A DNA stretch of 64,000 nt from an uncultured Acidobacteriota bacterium (GCA_963843575.1 CAWJKZ010000014.1:64001-128000); one strand, 5' to 3'. Shown: positions 40,543-51,789, counted from the first letter of the stretch. Translations and numbers: made by a program. The notes: generated by a model not told the origin, from the letters alone.

Positions 40543-41058
40543 ATGACAATGGAACCGAGAAGTCAACGCCGCGTAACACGCGATCGCAAGAAGAACAGGA
40601 TCCCGCTTTCCAAACTCCGCACCGCCGAGGTGGTCCGGACGGTTGTCGATCACCCGCGCCGTCTTCAGGAACTGCTGACGCTTCTGGAGGACCCGGACAG
40701 GACGGTGCGCGGCCGCGCCGCGGCGACCCTGGCGCGCCTGTCCGATTCCCACTCCGCCAGGCTCCTTCGCATCGTGGATCGGCTCAAAGACAACCTCGTC
40801 GACGAGTCTGCGTATGTCCGTTGGCACCTCGCCTATGTGCTGGGGCGGGTCGGGTCGGACTACCCATCCTGCGCGCCCCGCTTTCTCTCCGAGTTGCGCG
40901 ACCGGCTCGAAGACGAGAACCGCATCGTGCGCGGGCTAGCCGCCAAGGCCATCGAGCGTGTCGCCGAGCGGAGACCGCAGGTGGTCCAGGAGGCGTTTGG
41001 GGCTGCAAAAAAGGACGCTCCGGCCCTCATCGCGCGCCATTTCTCGAAAAAACCGTAG
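40543..41058 (+). CDS. HEAT repeat protein
   Basis: LEDPDRTVRGRAA, DESAYVRWH and DENRIVRGLAA repeats. Confidence 0.75.
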   Translation: MTMEPRSQRRVTRDRKKNRIPLSKLRTAEVVRTVVDHPRRLQELLTLLEDPDRTVRGRAAATLARLSDSHSARLLRIVDRLKDNLVDESAYVRWHLAYVLGRVGSDYPSCAPRFLSELRDRLEDENRIVRGLAAKAIERVAERRPQVVQEAFGAAKKDAPALIARHFSKKP

Positions 41059-41250
41059 CCGGCCCAGCCCAGGGCACAGAGCCGCGGACGACACCAGCAC
41101 TGCGGAACCCGCCTGCAATCTTCTCAGAACCCGCGTTCGGGAAAGCGGCCAGCGCATTCCTCAAAAACCGGAACAAGTCGGGATCTGGGACGTAGTTATG
41201 CTCGAAAGCTGTTGTGTTGTTTCCGGTGTGGTTTGCCGGGTTTCGCGAGG

Positions 41251-42459
41251 ATGATTCCGCGCATGCGCCCATTACTCATGATCGTCGCTGTCGTATGGCT
41301 CGCGCCCGCCGACCGCCACGTCCCAGGCCGACAGCTTCAAGGCGAACTTTAAAATATTCAAGGAAGTTGCGAAAGGCATAGACTTTTTTGCCGCTGGTCG
41401 TGACAGCGTCACCGCGTTTGAGAAGCCCGTCCGGGAAGCGCGGAAGAGGCTCGAGCTGTTTCTGGGGCCGCAGCTGGCGTCCGGGGCGGTGGTGATCTGC
41501 TCCACCCTCGAGCAGAAGGACTCGGTGAACGAACCGAAGGTGTTGCGCATGGGGTACAAGTGGGTGCTTATTCAACTGACCCCTGAGGCGAACAACCAGG
41601 AGACGCTGGCGCGGATCAAGGCGCAGGCAGGCGGGCAGGTGCCCCCCGGTTTCCTCGAGCGCATGCGGAACCAGACCCCGGAGATGAAGGCCGCGGCCCT
41701 CAACCGGATGGTGACCGCAACCGTGCAGCGGATTGGGTATGCGATTCTGACGACCACGTTCTCTCCCGACAAGCCCTTCCGGTCCTCGCGGGCAGACGAT
41801 GTGGCGCGCAGCCCGATGGCCGACTGGCTCGACGTGGGGATTGTGTCGTACGGCGCCGGAGGGACCACTCCGAACCTGAGGCTCCTGCAGGACCGGATCG
41901 AGGAAGCGTTTCCGATCGAGGATGTGATCGTGATGTCCCGCCCGTTCGTGGTGCCGGGTACGGACGGTAGCGGCGGGGGCGGCGGCGCGACGGTGATGGT
42001 CATGCGTGCGGCAGGTCCCGTCGGGCAGGGAGGTGCCGGCGGTCAGGGAGTTCCCGCGGGAGGAGCGGGAGGCCAGGGTGCGCCCGCAGGTGGTGCGCCC
42101 GACATGACGGCCGGGCGGCGTCCGGGGGGGCGTCCAGCGGCGCGGGGCGCGGGGGACGCGGAGGATCCATGCCCAAGGAGGTCCAGGACCGCATGCTGTT
42201 TGACGCGCAGGCGGCCTCGCTGTTCTCGTTCATCATCGAGAAGGCGGGGATGGACAAGGCAAGAGCCCTGGTGCAGGCGAGCCGGGACAAGCAAGATCTG
42301 CGTGAAATGCTCATCCGGCCCGATTTTCTGGGGACGGACATGGAGAAACTCGAGAGCGACTGGCAGACCTGGTTGAAAACACAGAAGGGCGATCCCGGCG
42401 GCATGAGGATAATGGTCGGCCCCGGGAACCGGCCGCCCGGCGCCCCGTCCAACAACTGA
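41251..42459 (+). CDS. Secreted hypothetical protein with a Gly-rich linker, degenerate peptidase MA-like fold (two frameshifts)
   Basis: Joins the signal peptide at 41251, ORF 41489.. and ORF 42169..42459; PMADWLD, LFDAQAASL and LESDWQTWL motifs. Confidence 0.55.
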
Positions 42460-42475
42460 CTGGCGAGACGACGAC

Positions 42476-43784
42476 ATGGTTGCGATAAAGGGAAAACGGT
42501 TGCCCTTGTGGGCTATGGTGTTCACGGTACTGCTGGCCGGCGCGACGACGGCCCTGCTCGCGCAGCGGCGGTGCAAAGGAACCGGCCGTGAAAGCAGCGA
42601 ATCCCGCCGCGGCGGCGAAGGCTCCGGCGGAATCCCACAGGGTCCACACCCACAAGGTCGGCACGGCAGACCTCACCCGCACGTTGCTGGTGACCGGGGA
42701 ACTGCGCGCGGCGCGCTCGCGCGACATCACTGTGCCGAACATTCGGTCCGGCTTTGCCAGCACGATCACGTTTCTGGTGCTGGAAGGCACGAGCGTGAAG
42801 CAAGGGGAGCGGATCCTCGAGTTCGATGGTGCTGCCCTTCTGACCAGCAAGTCCGAGGCGGAGCGGCGCCTCGACGAGACGAAGTTGAACATATCGAAGA
42901 CCAAGGCGAATCTCGAAGCACAGCGCGCCGATCTGTTGATCGAGCTTGCGACGGCCGAGGGGAACCTGAAGGTCGCGCAGCTCTACGCCAAGATCGAGAA
43001 GTCGCTTCTTCCCGCCAACACGTTTCAGAAGTACCAGCTCGACCTTGAGAAGGCGGTCCTGGCGCGCGACAAGGCCAAGGAAAAACTCTCAAACCTGGAC
43101 GCGAGTGTCCCGTCCCAGATGGCGCTTGTCGAAGTCGATCGTGCCCAGGCCGAACTGGACCTCAAGAAGATCGACGGCGATCTGGAGAAGCTGCAGATCG
43201 ACGCCCCGCAGGATGGCGTCGTCGTCTACGGGGACAACTGGGCGAGTAACCGCAAGGTGCAGATCGGGGACAACCTCTTCCCGGGGATGACGGTTCTGAG
43301 CCTGCCGGACATGTCGGCCATGCAGGTGGTCGGCTTCGTCTACGATACCGAGCTGCGCTTCCTGTCGGCGGGGATGGTATGCGATATCCACCTGGATGCG
43401 ATCCCCGGCCGGAGCTGGCGCGGGCGAATCGAATCGCTGACTAGCGTGGCCAGTCGCAAGGGCTTCGCCTCCCAGCACAAGGTTTTCAGGGCCACGGTGC
43501 AGCCCGACAGCCTCGATTTGAACGTTATGAAACCTGGAATGACCGCCAGGCTCGAGTTCGAAGTTTCGCTGGGGACGGGCGCCGTGGCCATTCCCAGGGA
43601 CTGCCTCGGGCTGGATACCGCGGGGCGCTACTACGTGCTCAAAGGACCGGACCGGCAACACGCGTCAGTGCAGGCCGTCAAGGTGGGGCGCTTCAGTGAC
43701 CGCACGGTCGAGATCCTCTCCGGCCTGAGTGCGGGGGATACTATTCTTATCCTGAATCGCGAGGGATCGGAGGTGACGTCGTGA
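42476..43784 (+). CDS. Efflux periplasmic adaptor (HlyD/MacA-like) 1, frameshift near 42560
   Basis: VTGELRA, EGTSVKQGERILEFD, APQDGVVVY and MKPGMTA motifs. Confidence 0.8.
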
Positions 43785-45007
43785 GTCGCAAGACAGCGCT
43801 CTTGATTTTGTTGCCGCTGGCGGCGTTGGCGGTAGCCGGCGTCTGGCTCTACCGCTCCGCCCGGGTTTCGGCGGCACCGGACGAGAGAGACCTCGTCGTG
43901 GTGCAGCGCGTCGACTACCCGGTGGTGGTAACGGCGCCAGGCATTCTCGAGGCGGCGAAGAATGTCAGTATAGGCGCGCCCAAAATCCAGCGCGAGCACC
44001 GCTTCAAATTGTCGCGCATGGTCGAGGAAGGGAAGCAGGTGTCCGAGGGTGATTTCCTGCTGGAATTCGACGGCTCCGACATAAGCCGCCGGTTGCGGGA
44101 CTCTACGGCCAATTTCCAGCGCGTGCAGGAGGAGTACCAAAAAAAGCGCTCGGATTTCGACATCCAGATGCGCGACCTCAAGCTGCAGCTCGAGCAGGCG
44201 AAATCGGATTACGAGAAGCTCGAGAACAAGCTGAGCCGTCAGGCCGAACTCGAGAGCGCCATCGTGATCGCCGAGACGCAGATCCGCCGCGACGCCGCCC
44301 GGCAGAAGGTATCGATGCTCGAGAAGAAGATCGGCTTCGTCGACGAAGCCGGGAGGCTCGACCTCGAGATGTCGCGCAGCAACGAGAGGCACTACCGGAA
44401 CAACATGGATATGCTCCTCGACGCCATGGACTCGCTGACGGTGACGGCGCCGGTGTCGGGGGTCGTCATCTACAAGCGAGACCGGGGCAACGAGGCACGT
44501 CAGATCGGGAGCTATGTGTTCATTCTGGATACGGTGCTCGAGATTCCGGACCTCTCCACGTTGCGGGCGAAGGTCATGGTCGACGAGATCGACGCCGGCA
44601 AGGTCAAGGTCGGACAGGAGGCGCAGATCCAGGTGGACGCCGTGCAGGGCAGGGTGATTCGAGGCAAAGTGGTGTATCTCAGCGCCATCCTGAAGCAGGC
44701 CTCCTACGACCGGCCACAGAAAGTGGCAGAAGCTTTCATTGAACTTCTGTCGAAGGATGTTGCCCAGCTCCGGCCGAGCATGAGCACGCGGGCCACGATC
44801 CAGGTGGGCCGCTACAACCAGTCCATCGTTATCCCGATGTCGAGCATCAATGAAAGGGAAGGCCGGTCCTACGTTCAACTGTGGCGGCCCGGAACGAAGA
44901 GCTTCGACTGGCGCGAGGTGCAGCTGCTCACCAACGACGGCATCACCGCCGTGGTGGCCGCGGGGCTCGAGGTAAACGACAGGATCAGATCCAAACCCAA
45001 AGTCTAG
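43781..45007 (+). CDS. Efflux periplasmic adaptor (HlyD/MacA-like) 2
   Basis: EEGKQVSEGDFLLEFD, APVSGVVIY and LRPSMS motifs; N-terminal TM helix. Confidence 0.85.
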   Translation: MSRKTALLILLPLAALAVAGVWLYRSARVSAAPDERDLVVVQRVDYPVVVTAPGILEAAKNVSIGAPKIQREHRFKLSRMVEEGKQVSEGDFLLEFDGSDISRRLRDSTANFQRVQEEYQKKRSDFDIQMRDLKLQLEQAKSDYEKLENKLSRQAELESAIVIAETQIRRDAARQKVSMLEKKIGFVDEAGRLDLEMSRSNERHYRNNMDMLLDAMDSLTVTAPVSGVVIYKRDRGNEARQIGSYVFILDTVLEIPDLSTLRAKVMVDEIDAGKVKVGQEAQIQVDAVQGRVIRGKVVYLSAILKQASYDRPQKVAEAFIELLSKDVAQLRPSMSTRATIQVGRYNQSIVIPMSSINEREGRSYVQLWRPGTKSFDWREVQLLTNDGITAVVAAGLEVNDRIRSKPKV

Positions 45008-45008
45008 G

Positions 45009-46399
45009 ATGATCGCAATGACGTACCACGGCGACGATTTGAATGTGAAACGGAGCACGCCCCGGGGGCGCCTGGCCCGCATCGGGCTGTTCCTTTTCTT
45101 TGCCGCGCTCGGCATGGCCGGCGTGATGTACCGCGATACGCTGACGACGCGGATCACGCACGTCCTGGCCGCATCGGAGGAGGATCCCGTCCCGGTTCAG
45201 CGGCTGGAGAAGGTTCCCTACCAGCTCGAGATCCCCGCTACGGGCGAGATCACGGGCCTGGAGAGCCTCCCCGTCTCCACTCCGAGCACTCGCGGAGGAG
45301 GGCTCAAGATCGCCTGGCTGGTTCCCGAGGGGAGCTTTGTCAACGCGGGCGACCTGCTGGTCCGATACGACAGCACCGACGCGCAGCTCAACTACGAAAA
45401 GCAGGAGAACACGCTCGAAGCCAACAGGCAGCGTGTCCAGATCACGGCCGGCACGACGGCGACCAACGAGAAGGTCCTGGCGATCGACCGCACGGACGCG
45501 GAAAAGGAATACGAGTACGCCATGACGGTGCTGCCCCAGGACGAGACGATCTTCTCGAAGTGGGACATCATCGAAGCCAAGATCAACGCGGGGTTCGCGA
45601 AGGAGCGTATCAGCTTCCTGCAAAACAAAGGCCGGGTGCAGAAACGGGTCGCGCGGGCGGACCAGCAGATCCTGGTGATCGAACGCAACAAGGCGCAGGC
45701 GGAACTCACGATCGCCAAGCAGACACTGGACTCGCTCGAGGTCCGCTGCTCCGAAGGCCGGGCTTGTCCTCTACCGGCGCGACCGCATGCGCGACCCGCA
45801 GATCGGCGACGAGTCGTGGCCGGGCCAGGTGCTGATTGAACTCGTCGACCTCGCCGCCCTGCAGGCGCGCGTCTACGTGCTCGAGCGCGATGCGGGGAGC
45901 CTGGCCAAGGACCGCGGGGTGGTCGTGAGGCTTGACTCGATTCCGGAGAAGGTCTACCAGGGCACGGTCCGCAACGTGGCCGCCCTGGCGCAAGCCCTCG
46001 AGCGCAACTCGCCGCTCAAGTACTTCATTTGCGATGTGTCCATCACCAATGCCGGCGAGGATCTGAAACGCATAAAGCCGGGGATGTCTCTCAAGGCCGA
46101 GGTCATCCTCGAGAAATACGACTCGTGTTTCGTTGTGCCGGCCGGCGCCGTCACCACCAAGGGAGCCGACACGCTGGTCTATGTCCAGCAGGGAAACAAG
46201 TTCGTCCCTCGCCCGGTCACAGATCGGGGCGGCGAGCCACGGCCAGTCTACCATCCTGGCGGGCGTGGACGCGGGCACGGTGATCGCGGTGCGCAATCCC
46301 TTCGAGACCCGCAAGGCCTACTTGCCCGATTTCAGCAAGGCCGGGGCGGCGGGCGGGGGCGGGGGTGGACGGATGATGATCCGGATGGGCGACCACTAG
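45009..46399 (+). CDS. Efflux periplasmic adaptor (HlyD/MacA-like) 3, frameshifts near 45748 and 46218
   Basis: PEGSFVNAGDLLVRYD and IKPGMS motifs; single-base deletions join the three ORF pieces. Confidence 0.8.
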
Positions 46400-46442
46400 A
46401 GCACTCTTCTATACGGAGAACCGCGGAAAAGGCACAGCGACA

Positions 46443-47681
46443 ATGTGGAACTTGGAAAGCGTTCGGGTAGCGCTCAGCAATCTCGGGAGGCGGAAACTCC
46501 GCTCTCTCCTGACCATGCTGGGCATGATCTTCGGTGTCGGAGCCGTGATCGCGATGCTGTCGATCGGCGCCGGCGCCGAGCGGGAGAGCCTGCGGATCAT
46601 CGAGAATTTCGGGATCCGCAACATCATCATCCAGGCCAAGGAGTTCAAGGCGGAGGAACTCAGGCAGATCCGCACCGAATCCCTGGGGCTGGCCCTCCGC
46701 GACGTCGAAGCGCTCCAGACGGTGCTCCAGCCCAAACCCGCGATTTCCGCCAAGCGGGTCGTCAAGACTTTCCAGGTCATTTCCGAGAACGCGCCGGAGC
46801 GACAGCCGGGTGCTCGGGGTCAGCAGCACCTACCCCGCCATCCAGAACCTCCAGCTGCTCCAGGGGGCGTTTTTCGCAGCCGTTCGACGAGGATGCGGCC
46901 AACCAGGTGGCCGTGCTCGGCATTACGGCCAAGCAGAAGCTGTTCGGCTTCGGCGACGTGATCGGCAAGCAGATCAAAGTCAACGATCAGTGGCTGACGG
47001 TGATCGGCGTCCTCGCCGACGCCAACGTCGAGAAACAGGAGTTCGAGGGGGTCAAAATCCAGAATCCGAACAACGACATCTACATCCCGATCACAACGTC
47101 CATCAAGAAGTTCGAGAAGGACACCCTCGAAAACGAACTGAACGAAGTCGTCGTCCAGGTCAGTCCCGGAGGCCGATCTCAAGGAGCAGTCGGCGGCAAT
47201 CAGCAACCTGATGTCGGCCATGCACCGCTACGTGGACGACTACTCGCTGGTGGTGCCCGAGAAGCTCCTGGAGCAGAACCAGAAGACGCAGGGGATCTTC
47301 AACATCGTCATGGGCGCGATCGCGAGCATCTCGCTGCTGGTGGGCGGGATCGGGATCATGAACATCATGCTCGCCTCTGTGCTCGAGAGGACCAGCGAGA
47401 TCGGGCTGAGGCGCGCTCTGGGGGCGCGCAAGCGGGACATCCGGGTGCAGTTCATCGCCGAGGCCCTCGGGCTCAGCCTCGCGGGAGGGCTCGTCGGCAT
47501 CGCGCTGGGGTACGGCATTTCGAGGATGGTCGCCGTCTACTCGGGCTGGAGCACGATCATCACGGCGGGATCGATCGCCCTCTCGTTCGGCGTCAGCTCG
47601 ATGGTCGGGCTGGTGTTCGGCATCTACCCGGCGGTGCAGGCTTCGAACCTCGACCCGATCGAGTGCCTCCGCTACGAATAG
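46443..47681 (+). CDS. MacB/FtsX-type ABC transporter permease, three frameshifts
   Basis: RSLLTMLGMIFGVGAVI, ISLLVGGIGIMNIMLASVLERTSEIGLR and PAVQASNLDPIECLRYE motifs. Confidence 0.88.
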
Positions 47682-47725
47682 GGGACCGCGGGCGGCGCCG
47701 TGACCCGCTAGGCGGTGTGCCGCGG

Positions 47726-48421
47726 TCAGGCGCCAGGAGGCTGCAGCAGCACGTACAGCGCGCCGACTCCGCCGTCGGCATACTGCGCCGAAGCGTACGC
47801 CACGACGTGACGCGACATCCGGCGGGTGGAGAGCCAGCGCTGCAGGCTGTCCTTCAAGACCGCGCGGTCGCTCGGCGAGTTGATTCCCCGCCCGTGAATG
47901 ATCTTGACGCAGCAGCTGCGGAACCGGGCCATCTGTGTGATGTACTCTTCCACCGTGATCCGCGCCTGCTCGCGGCTCAGCCCGTGCAGGTCGATCTGCC
48001 CCTGGATGGAGTAAAGCCCGTTGCGCAGGTTCGGCAGGAAGCGCTTGCCGGCTACCCCCACCCAGCCCTCGATGTACTCCGGATGATCCGTTACCGGATT
48101 GGCGGGTATGCCGTTGACGGCGTCCTGCATCATGCGCCGGTGCTCCGCCTCGGGGTCGACCGGTTCCGGGGGAACCGGTGGTGGCGACTCGAGGGGCTCG
48201 TGCCGCCACTCCGCCCGCTTTACGCCGTCCATCGCATGACCGAACAGCTCCTCGTCCGATTCAGCGGGTTGCTCCGGTGGTGGCTCGACCTTAGGAGGAG
48301 GAGGCGGTGGTGGCGCGGGCCGCGCGCCGAGGCGCAGCCCGGACTTCTTGAGCAGCTCGGGCAGCTCACTGAAAGGCGTGTCGGGGGGAGGGAACTCGGT
48401 CTTCGGGCCGGATTTTTTCAT
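47726..48421 (-). CDS. Smr/MutS2 C-terminal domain protein
   Basis: IDLHGL, IIHGRG and GGVGALYVLL motifs. Confidence 0.9.
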   Translation of the reverse strand: MKKSGPKTEFPPPDTPFSELPELLKKSGLRLGARPAPPPPPPPKVEPPPEQPAESDEELFGHAMDGVKRAEWRHEPLESPPPVPPEPVDPEAEHRRMMQDAVNGIPANPVTDHPEYIEGWVGVAGKRFLPNLRNGLYSIQGQIDLHGLSREQARITVEEYITQMARFRSCCVKIIHGRGINSPSDRAVLKDSLQRWLSTRRMSRHVVAYASAQYADGGVGALYVLLQPPGA

Positions 48422-48537
48422 ACAGACGCCTTCTCGGACATTTCGGGCCGGGCGATTTTCGGGTGCTGCGGTCCCGGAGTACCGCTGCTGGATTCTCCCG
48501 TGCCCCGTCACCGACATAATAGCATCCGCAGCCGAGT

Positions 48538-49653
48538 CTACCGTGCCAGGTAATCCTGCGTGACCATCTCCCAGTATGTGGGGTTGCGCCCGCGGTCCTC
48601 GTTGGAGAGGAACGCACGCACGGGCTGAAGCAGCGTGGACATGTAGTATCCCGGGACCTGGGCCGGGTGGGGCCGCCAGATATTGGCGTACGACCGGATG
48701 ATGCAGCCGTTTTCCGACCAGGGCAACGACCTGATGTTATCGACGTAGGCCGCCCAGCGTTCGCCCCGGAACAGATAGAACTCGACGTTCGAGATGTAGA
48801 GGCAGGTGACCTGCAGACCCCTTCGGCGGAGTTCCAGGGCGGTGCGCCGCAGCGCCCCCACCCCGGCGAAATCCCCCACGAGAGGCACTATCCTGTTTGC
48901 GTCGTGCAGCCGTTTGACCGTTTGAAACCGGTGCTCGTCGGCGAGGTAGTGGGCGTGCGTCGCGGACGAGTCAGTTTCCAGCATAAGGGTCCGGTAGCTC
49001 GGGTGATGTGCACGGGGAGGCCGGTAGTGGCTGGTAAACTTCAGGTCGGGGCCGCCCTCCACGAAGGCGCCGGCGACGTAGGCGATGGAGTGCATGTCGT
49101 CCTGGGTGAGTCCGAGGTTCCACGACCGGATCAGCCCGGCCGCTTCGGCCAAACTCCGCTCCCGGAAGTCCCTGTCCAACGGCGCCTTGTCGGCCAACTC
49201 CAGCAGCCTCTCCGGCGAAGCCCGGGTGAGGCCCTCCTCCCGGCCAATCGGCCTTCCGAAGAGCCGTTCGAGATACTCCGCGCGGTCGGCGCTGAGTTGA
49301 AACAATGCTTTGAGGTAAAGATGCTGAAGCAGGTTCTGCCGGCGGATGTCGATGATGAAGGCGATTTCCGGGTCGATCTCTGCGATGTAGGAGTAGTTCT
49401 GATCGGGGCCGACTCCGATATAGGCGCCGCTGTGCACGCCGAGCCGGCGCAGCGCGGGCAACACCCGGAGGTAGGCCGCCTCGTTCGAAACGAAATTATC
49501 GCTGTCGAAATACCCCTCGGGCTCCGACAGTCCCCGGATCAGCTCGCCGAACTGCCGCAAACCGATCGGCGGGTTGACGGCCCGCGCCGGCGAGTATAGC
49601 GTGGCTGCCGTGGCAAGCAACACAGTGACGTTCAGAAGGATTCGGGAAAGCAC
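48538..49653 (-). CDS. Secreted hypothetical protein with a Rossmann/methyltransferase-like motif
   Basis: Signal peptide; GAYIGVGPDQNYSYIA...IIDIRRQN and YISNVEFYL. Confidence 0.6.
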   Translation of the reverse strand: MLSRILLNVTVLLATAATLYSPARAVNPPIGLRQFGELIRGLSEPEGYFDSDNFVSNEAAYLRVLPALRRLGVHSGAYIGVGPDQNYSYIAEIDPEIAFIIDIRRQNLLQHLYLKALFQLSADRAEYLERLFGRPIGREEGLTRASPERLLELADKAPLDRDFRERSLAEAAGLIRSWNLGLTQDDMHSIAYVAGAFVEGGPDLKFTSHYRPPRAHHPSYRTLMLETDSSATHAHYLADEHRFQTVKRLHDANRIVPLVGDFAGVGALRRTALELRRRGLQVTCLYISNVEFYLFRGERWAAYVDNIRSLPWSENGCIIRSYANIWRPHPAQVPGYYMSTLLQPVRAFLSNEDRGRNPTYWEMVTQDYLAR

Positions 49654-49818
49654 CAGTCCGCACCCGGTTTATTGGTTGAATAATACCATTTGCGCCGCCG
49701 CGTCAACCTTGACTTTTACGTAAGAATTCCGTACCCTTCCACTTCCTGACGTACGCACTCTTACGCGGTCTTGCGGCATCTGTGTGATTCCATAAATGCG
49801 GGAAGAAAAGGAGATTCA

Positions 49819-50139
49819 ATGCTTACTTTGACCACCACGGCCGTTGAAAAGGTCAAATCGATCCTCGCGGAGCGAGGGGAGTCTGGGGGGCTTCGGATCG
49901 CCGTCGTAGGCGGAGGCTGTTCGGGCTTTCAGTACCAGATGTCTCTGGACAAGCAGGCAGGAGATAACGATCAGATCATCGAGCAGGATGGCCTGAGGGT
50001 ATTCGTCGACAGCCGTTCCATGCTTTACCTCACTGGCACGAAGGTCGACTACGTCGACGGGTTGACCGGTTCCGGGTTCAAGTTCGACAATCCCAACTCT
50101 CGAGGCAACTGCGGCTGTGGCGAATCTTTCTACGCCTGA
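49819..50139 (+). CDS. A-type Fe-S carrier (HesB/IscA/ErpA family)
   Basis: GGGCSGFQY and NPN...CGCGESF motifs; RBS AAGGAG. Confidence 0.93.
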   Translation: MLTLTTTAVEKVKSILAERGESGGLRIAVVGGGCSGFQYQMSLDKQAGDNDQIIEQDGLRVFVDSRSMLYLTGTKVDYVDGLTGSGFKFDNPNSRGNCGCGESFYA

Positions 50140-50164
50140 GCGAGTTGGCACTTCTTTAATTGAG

Positions 50165-50195
50165 ACGCGGGTCGTGAAGCGGCCCGCGTTTTTTT
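50165..50195 (+). terminator. Rho-independent terminator
   Basis: ACGCGGGTCG-TGAAG-CGGCCCGCGT followed by a T run. Confidence 0.85.
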
Positions 50196-50261
50196 GGAGG
50201 GGCATCGCGCGGAGTCGCCGTCCGGCACGAAACCGAGCGGGCTCCGGCGCGGAGAAAAGGA

Positions 50262-50639
50262 GTGGCCTTGACTCCCAGGTCGCCGGGCGATCGCATTACG
50301 CTGTCACGTGTGAGGTTGCATCCCCGTATCGGCGTGACTGACGGGGAGCGCAAGACACCCCAGGCATGCGAGGCGGACGTAACGGTCTGGGGGGACTTTG
50401 AGGCCGCGGCTTCCACGGACGCCATCGAGAAGGCGCTTGACTACAGCCGGATTCTGGCGACCGTTGTCGCGGTGGCTGATCAGCGGGAATACAACCTGCT
50501 CGAAACCCTTGCTTACAGGCTGGCCAGGAAGGTCCTCCAGGACTTCCCGGCGCACAGGGTGGGCGTGCGGGTGAGAAAGCGCCCTGCCTCCCTGATCGGG
50601 CAGTTGGATTTCGTGGAGGTGGAAGTTGAGCAATCGTAA
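50262..50639 (+). CDS. folB: Dihydroneopterin aldolase
   Basis: IGV...ER...Q, LDY and NLLETLA motifs; VRKRP. Confidence 0.85.
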   Translation: MALTPRSPGDRITLSRVRLHPRIGVTDGERKTPQACEADVTVWGDFEAAASTDAIEKALDYSRILATVVAVADQREYNLLETLAYRLARKVLQDFPAHRVGVRVRKRPASLIGQLDFVEVEVEQS

Positions 50640-51180
50640 AAGGGTGCCGGTCTCGTCCACCCCGGCATCCCATCCTTCAAAGGCCGTCACGACGGGCGAA
50701 CGCCCCGGACAGGCGGTCGCGCAGATCGGAGACCTGGCGCGACGAGCCGGCGTCAGCGTGCGCGCCGTCCGCTATTACGAGGAACTCGGGCTCATCAGGC
50801 CCGAAGCCCACAGCGCAGGAGGGTTTCGGCTCTACGGTGCGGAGAGCCTCAAGCGCCTCCAGGTGATCAACTTCCTGAAGGAGATCGGGCTGTCCCTCGA
50901 CGAGATCCGACAGATCCTGCTGGCCAAGAAGACGACTGGAAACGACCGCGAGGCGGTGCAGTTTCTGGTCCGGGTGCTGGGCGAGAAGCTGGCAGCCGTC
51001 GACGCCAAGATGCTGGCCCTCGGTGCGATGAAGTCCGAACTGAGCAGGGCGTTGGAAATCCTGCGTTCGTGCGAGTGCTGCAGCAACGAGGTGCTGCTCG
51101 ATGCCATCCGCTGCGGGGATTGCGCCAGCCTTCGTCCGCGCGAGGCCGTTCCGGACACCTTCGAGGTCATCCTCCAATAG
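50626..51180 (+). CDS. MerR-family regulator with a Cys-rich C-terminus
   Basis: IGDLARRAGVSVRAVRYYEELGLI; tail CECC...CGDC. Confidence 0.88.
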   Translation: MSNRKRVPVSSTPASHPSKAVTTGERPGQAVAQIGDLARRAGVSVRAVRYYEELGLIRPEAHSAGGFRLYGAESLKRLQVINFLKEIGLSLDEIRQILLAKKTTGNDREAVQFLVRVLGEKLAAVDAKMLALGAMKSELSRALEILRSCECCSNEVLLDAIRCGDCASLRPREAVPDTFEVILQ

Positions 51181-51321
51181 ATTCCCGGCGGGATCGCGAC
51201 TGCGGATCCAGGCAGCTTTCCCGGGCGGCTTGGAGGAGGTGCGGCGGTTCGACTATACTGAAGTGTGCTGGCGATTGTCCCGGGTGGTCTGCAATCGGGC
51301 AGAAAACGAAAGGTGACGACC

Positions 51322-51789
51322 ATGGGATCAGGCGAAGGGCCGGGGTTTTTCACGTCCAGACTCGAGCGCGCGATCGGCTGGGCCCGGAAGTACTCTATCT
51401 TTCAGTATCCCTTCGTGACCGCCTGCTGCGGGATGGAGTACATGTCCACGGCATCGGGTCACTACGACATCGACCGGTTTGGGGCCGGCCTGCCCAGGTT
51501 CTCCCCGAGGCAGGCGGATGTTCTATTCGTGGTGGGCACGGTGAGTCACAAGATCGCACCCGTGCTGCGGCGCGTTTATGACCAGATGTGCGAACCCAAA
51601 TGGGTGGTCGCCTTTGGTGTGTGCACGTGCACCGGTGGTTTTTACGACAACTACGCCACGGTGCAGGGTATAGACACGATCATCCCGGTGGACATCTACA
51701 TCCCGGGGTGTCCTCCACGACCGGAGGCGGTTCTGGACGGGCTAATGAAGCTTCAGGCGAAGATCGAGAATCAGAAACAGGCGTGGTGA
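51322..51789 (+). CDS. nuoB: NADH:quinone oxidoreductase subunit B
   Basis: TACCGME, FSPRQADV, YDQMCEPKWV and IPGCPPRPE (N2 cluster ligands). Confidence 0.93.
   Translation: MGSGEGPGFFTSRLERAIGWARKYSIFQYPFVTACCGMEYMSTASGHYDIDRFGAGLPRFSPRQADVLFVVGTVSHKIAPVLRRVYDQMCEPKWVVAFGVCTCTGGFYDNYATVQGIDTIIPVDIYIPGCPPRPEAVLDGLMKLQAKIENQKQAW

Noticed and set aside
41970-42160. G-rich repeats GGAGGQG(V/A)PA
   Set aside because: Coding low-complexity linker, not a DNA repeat element
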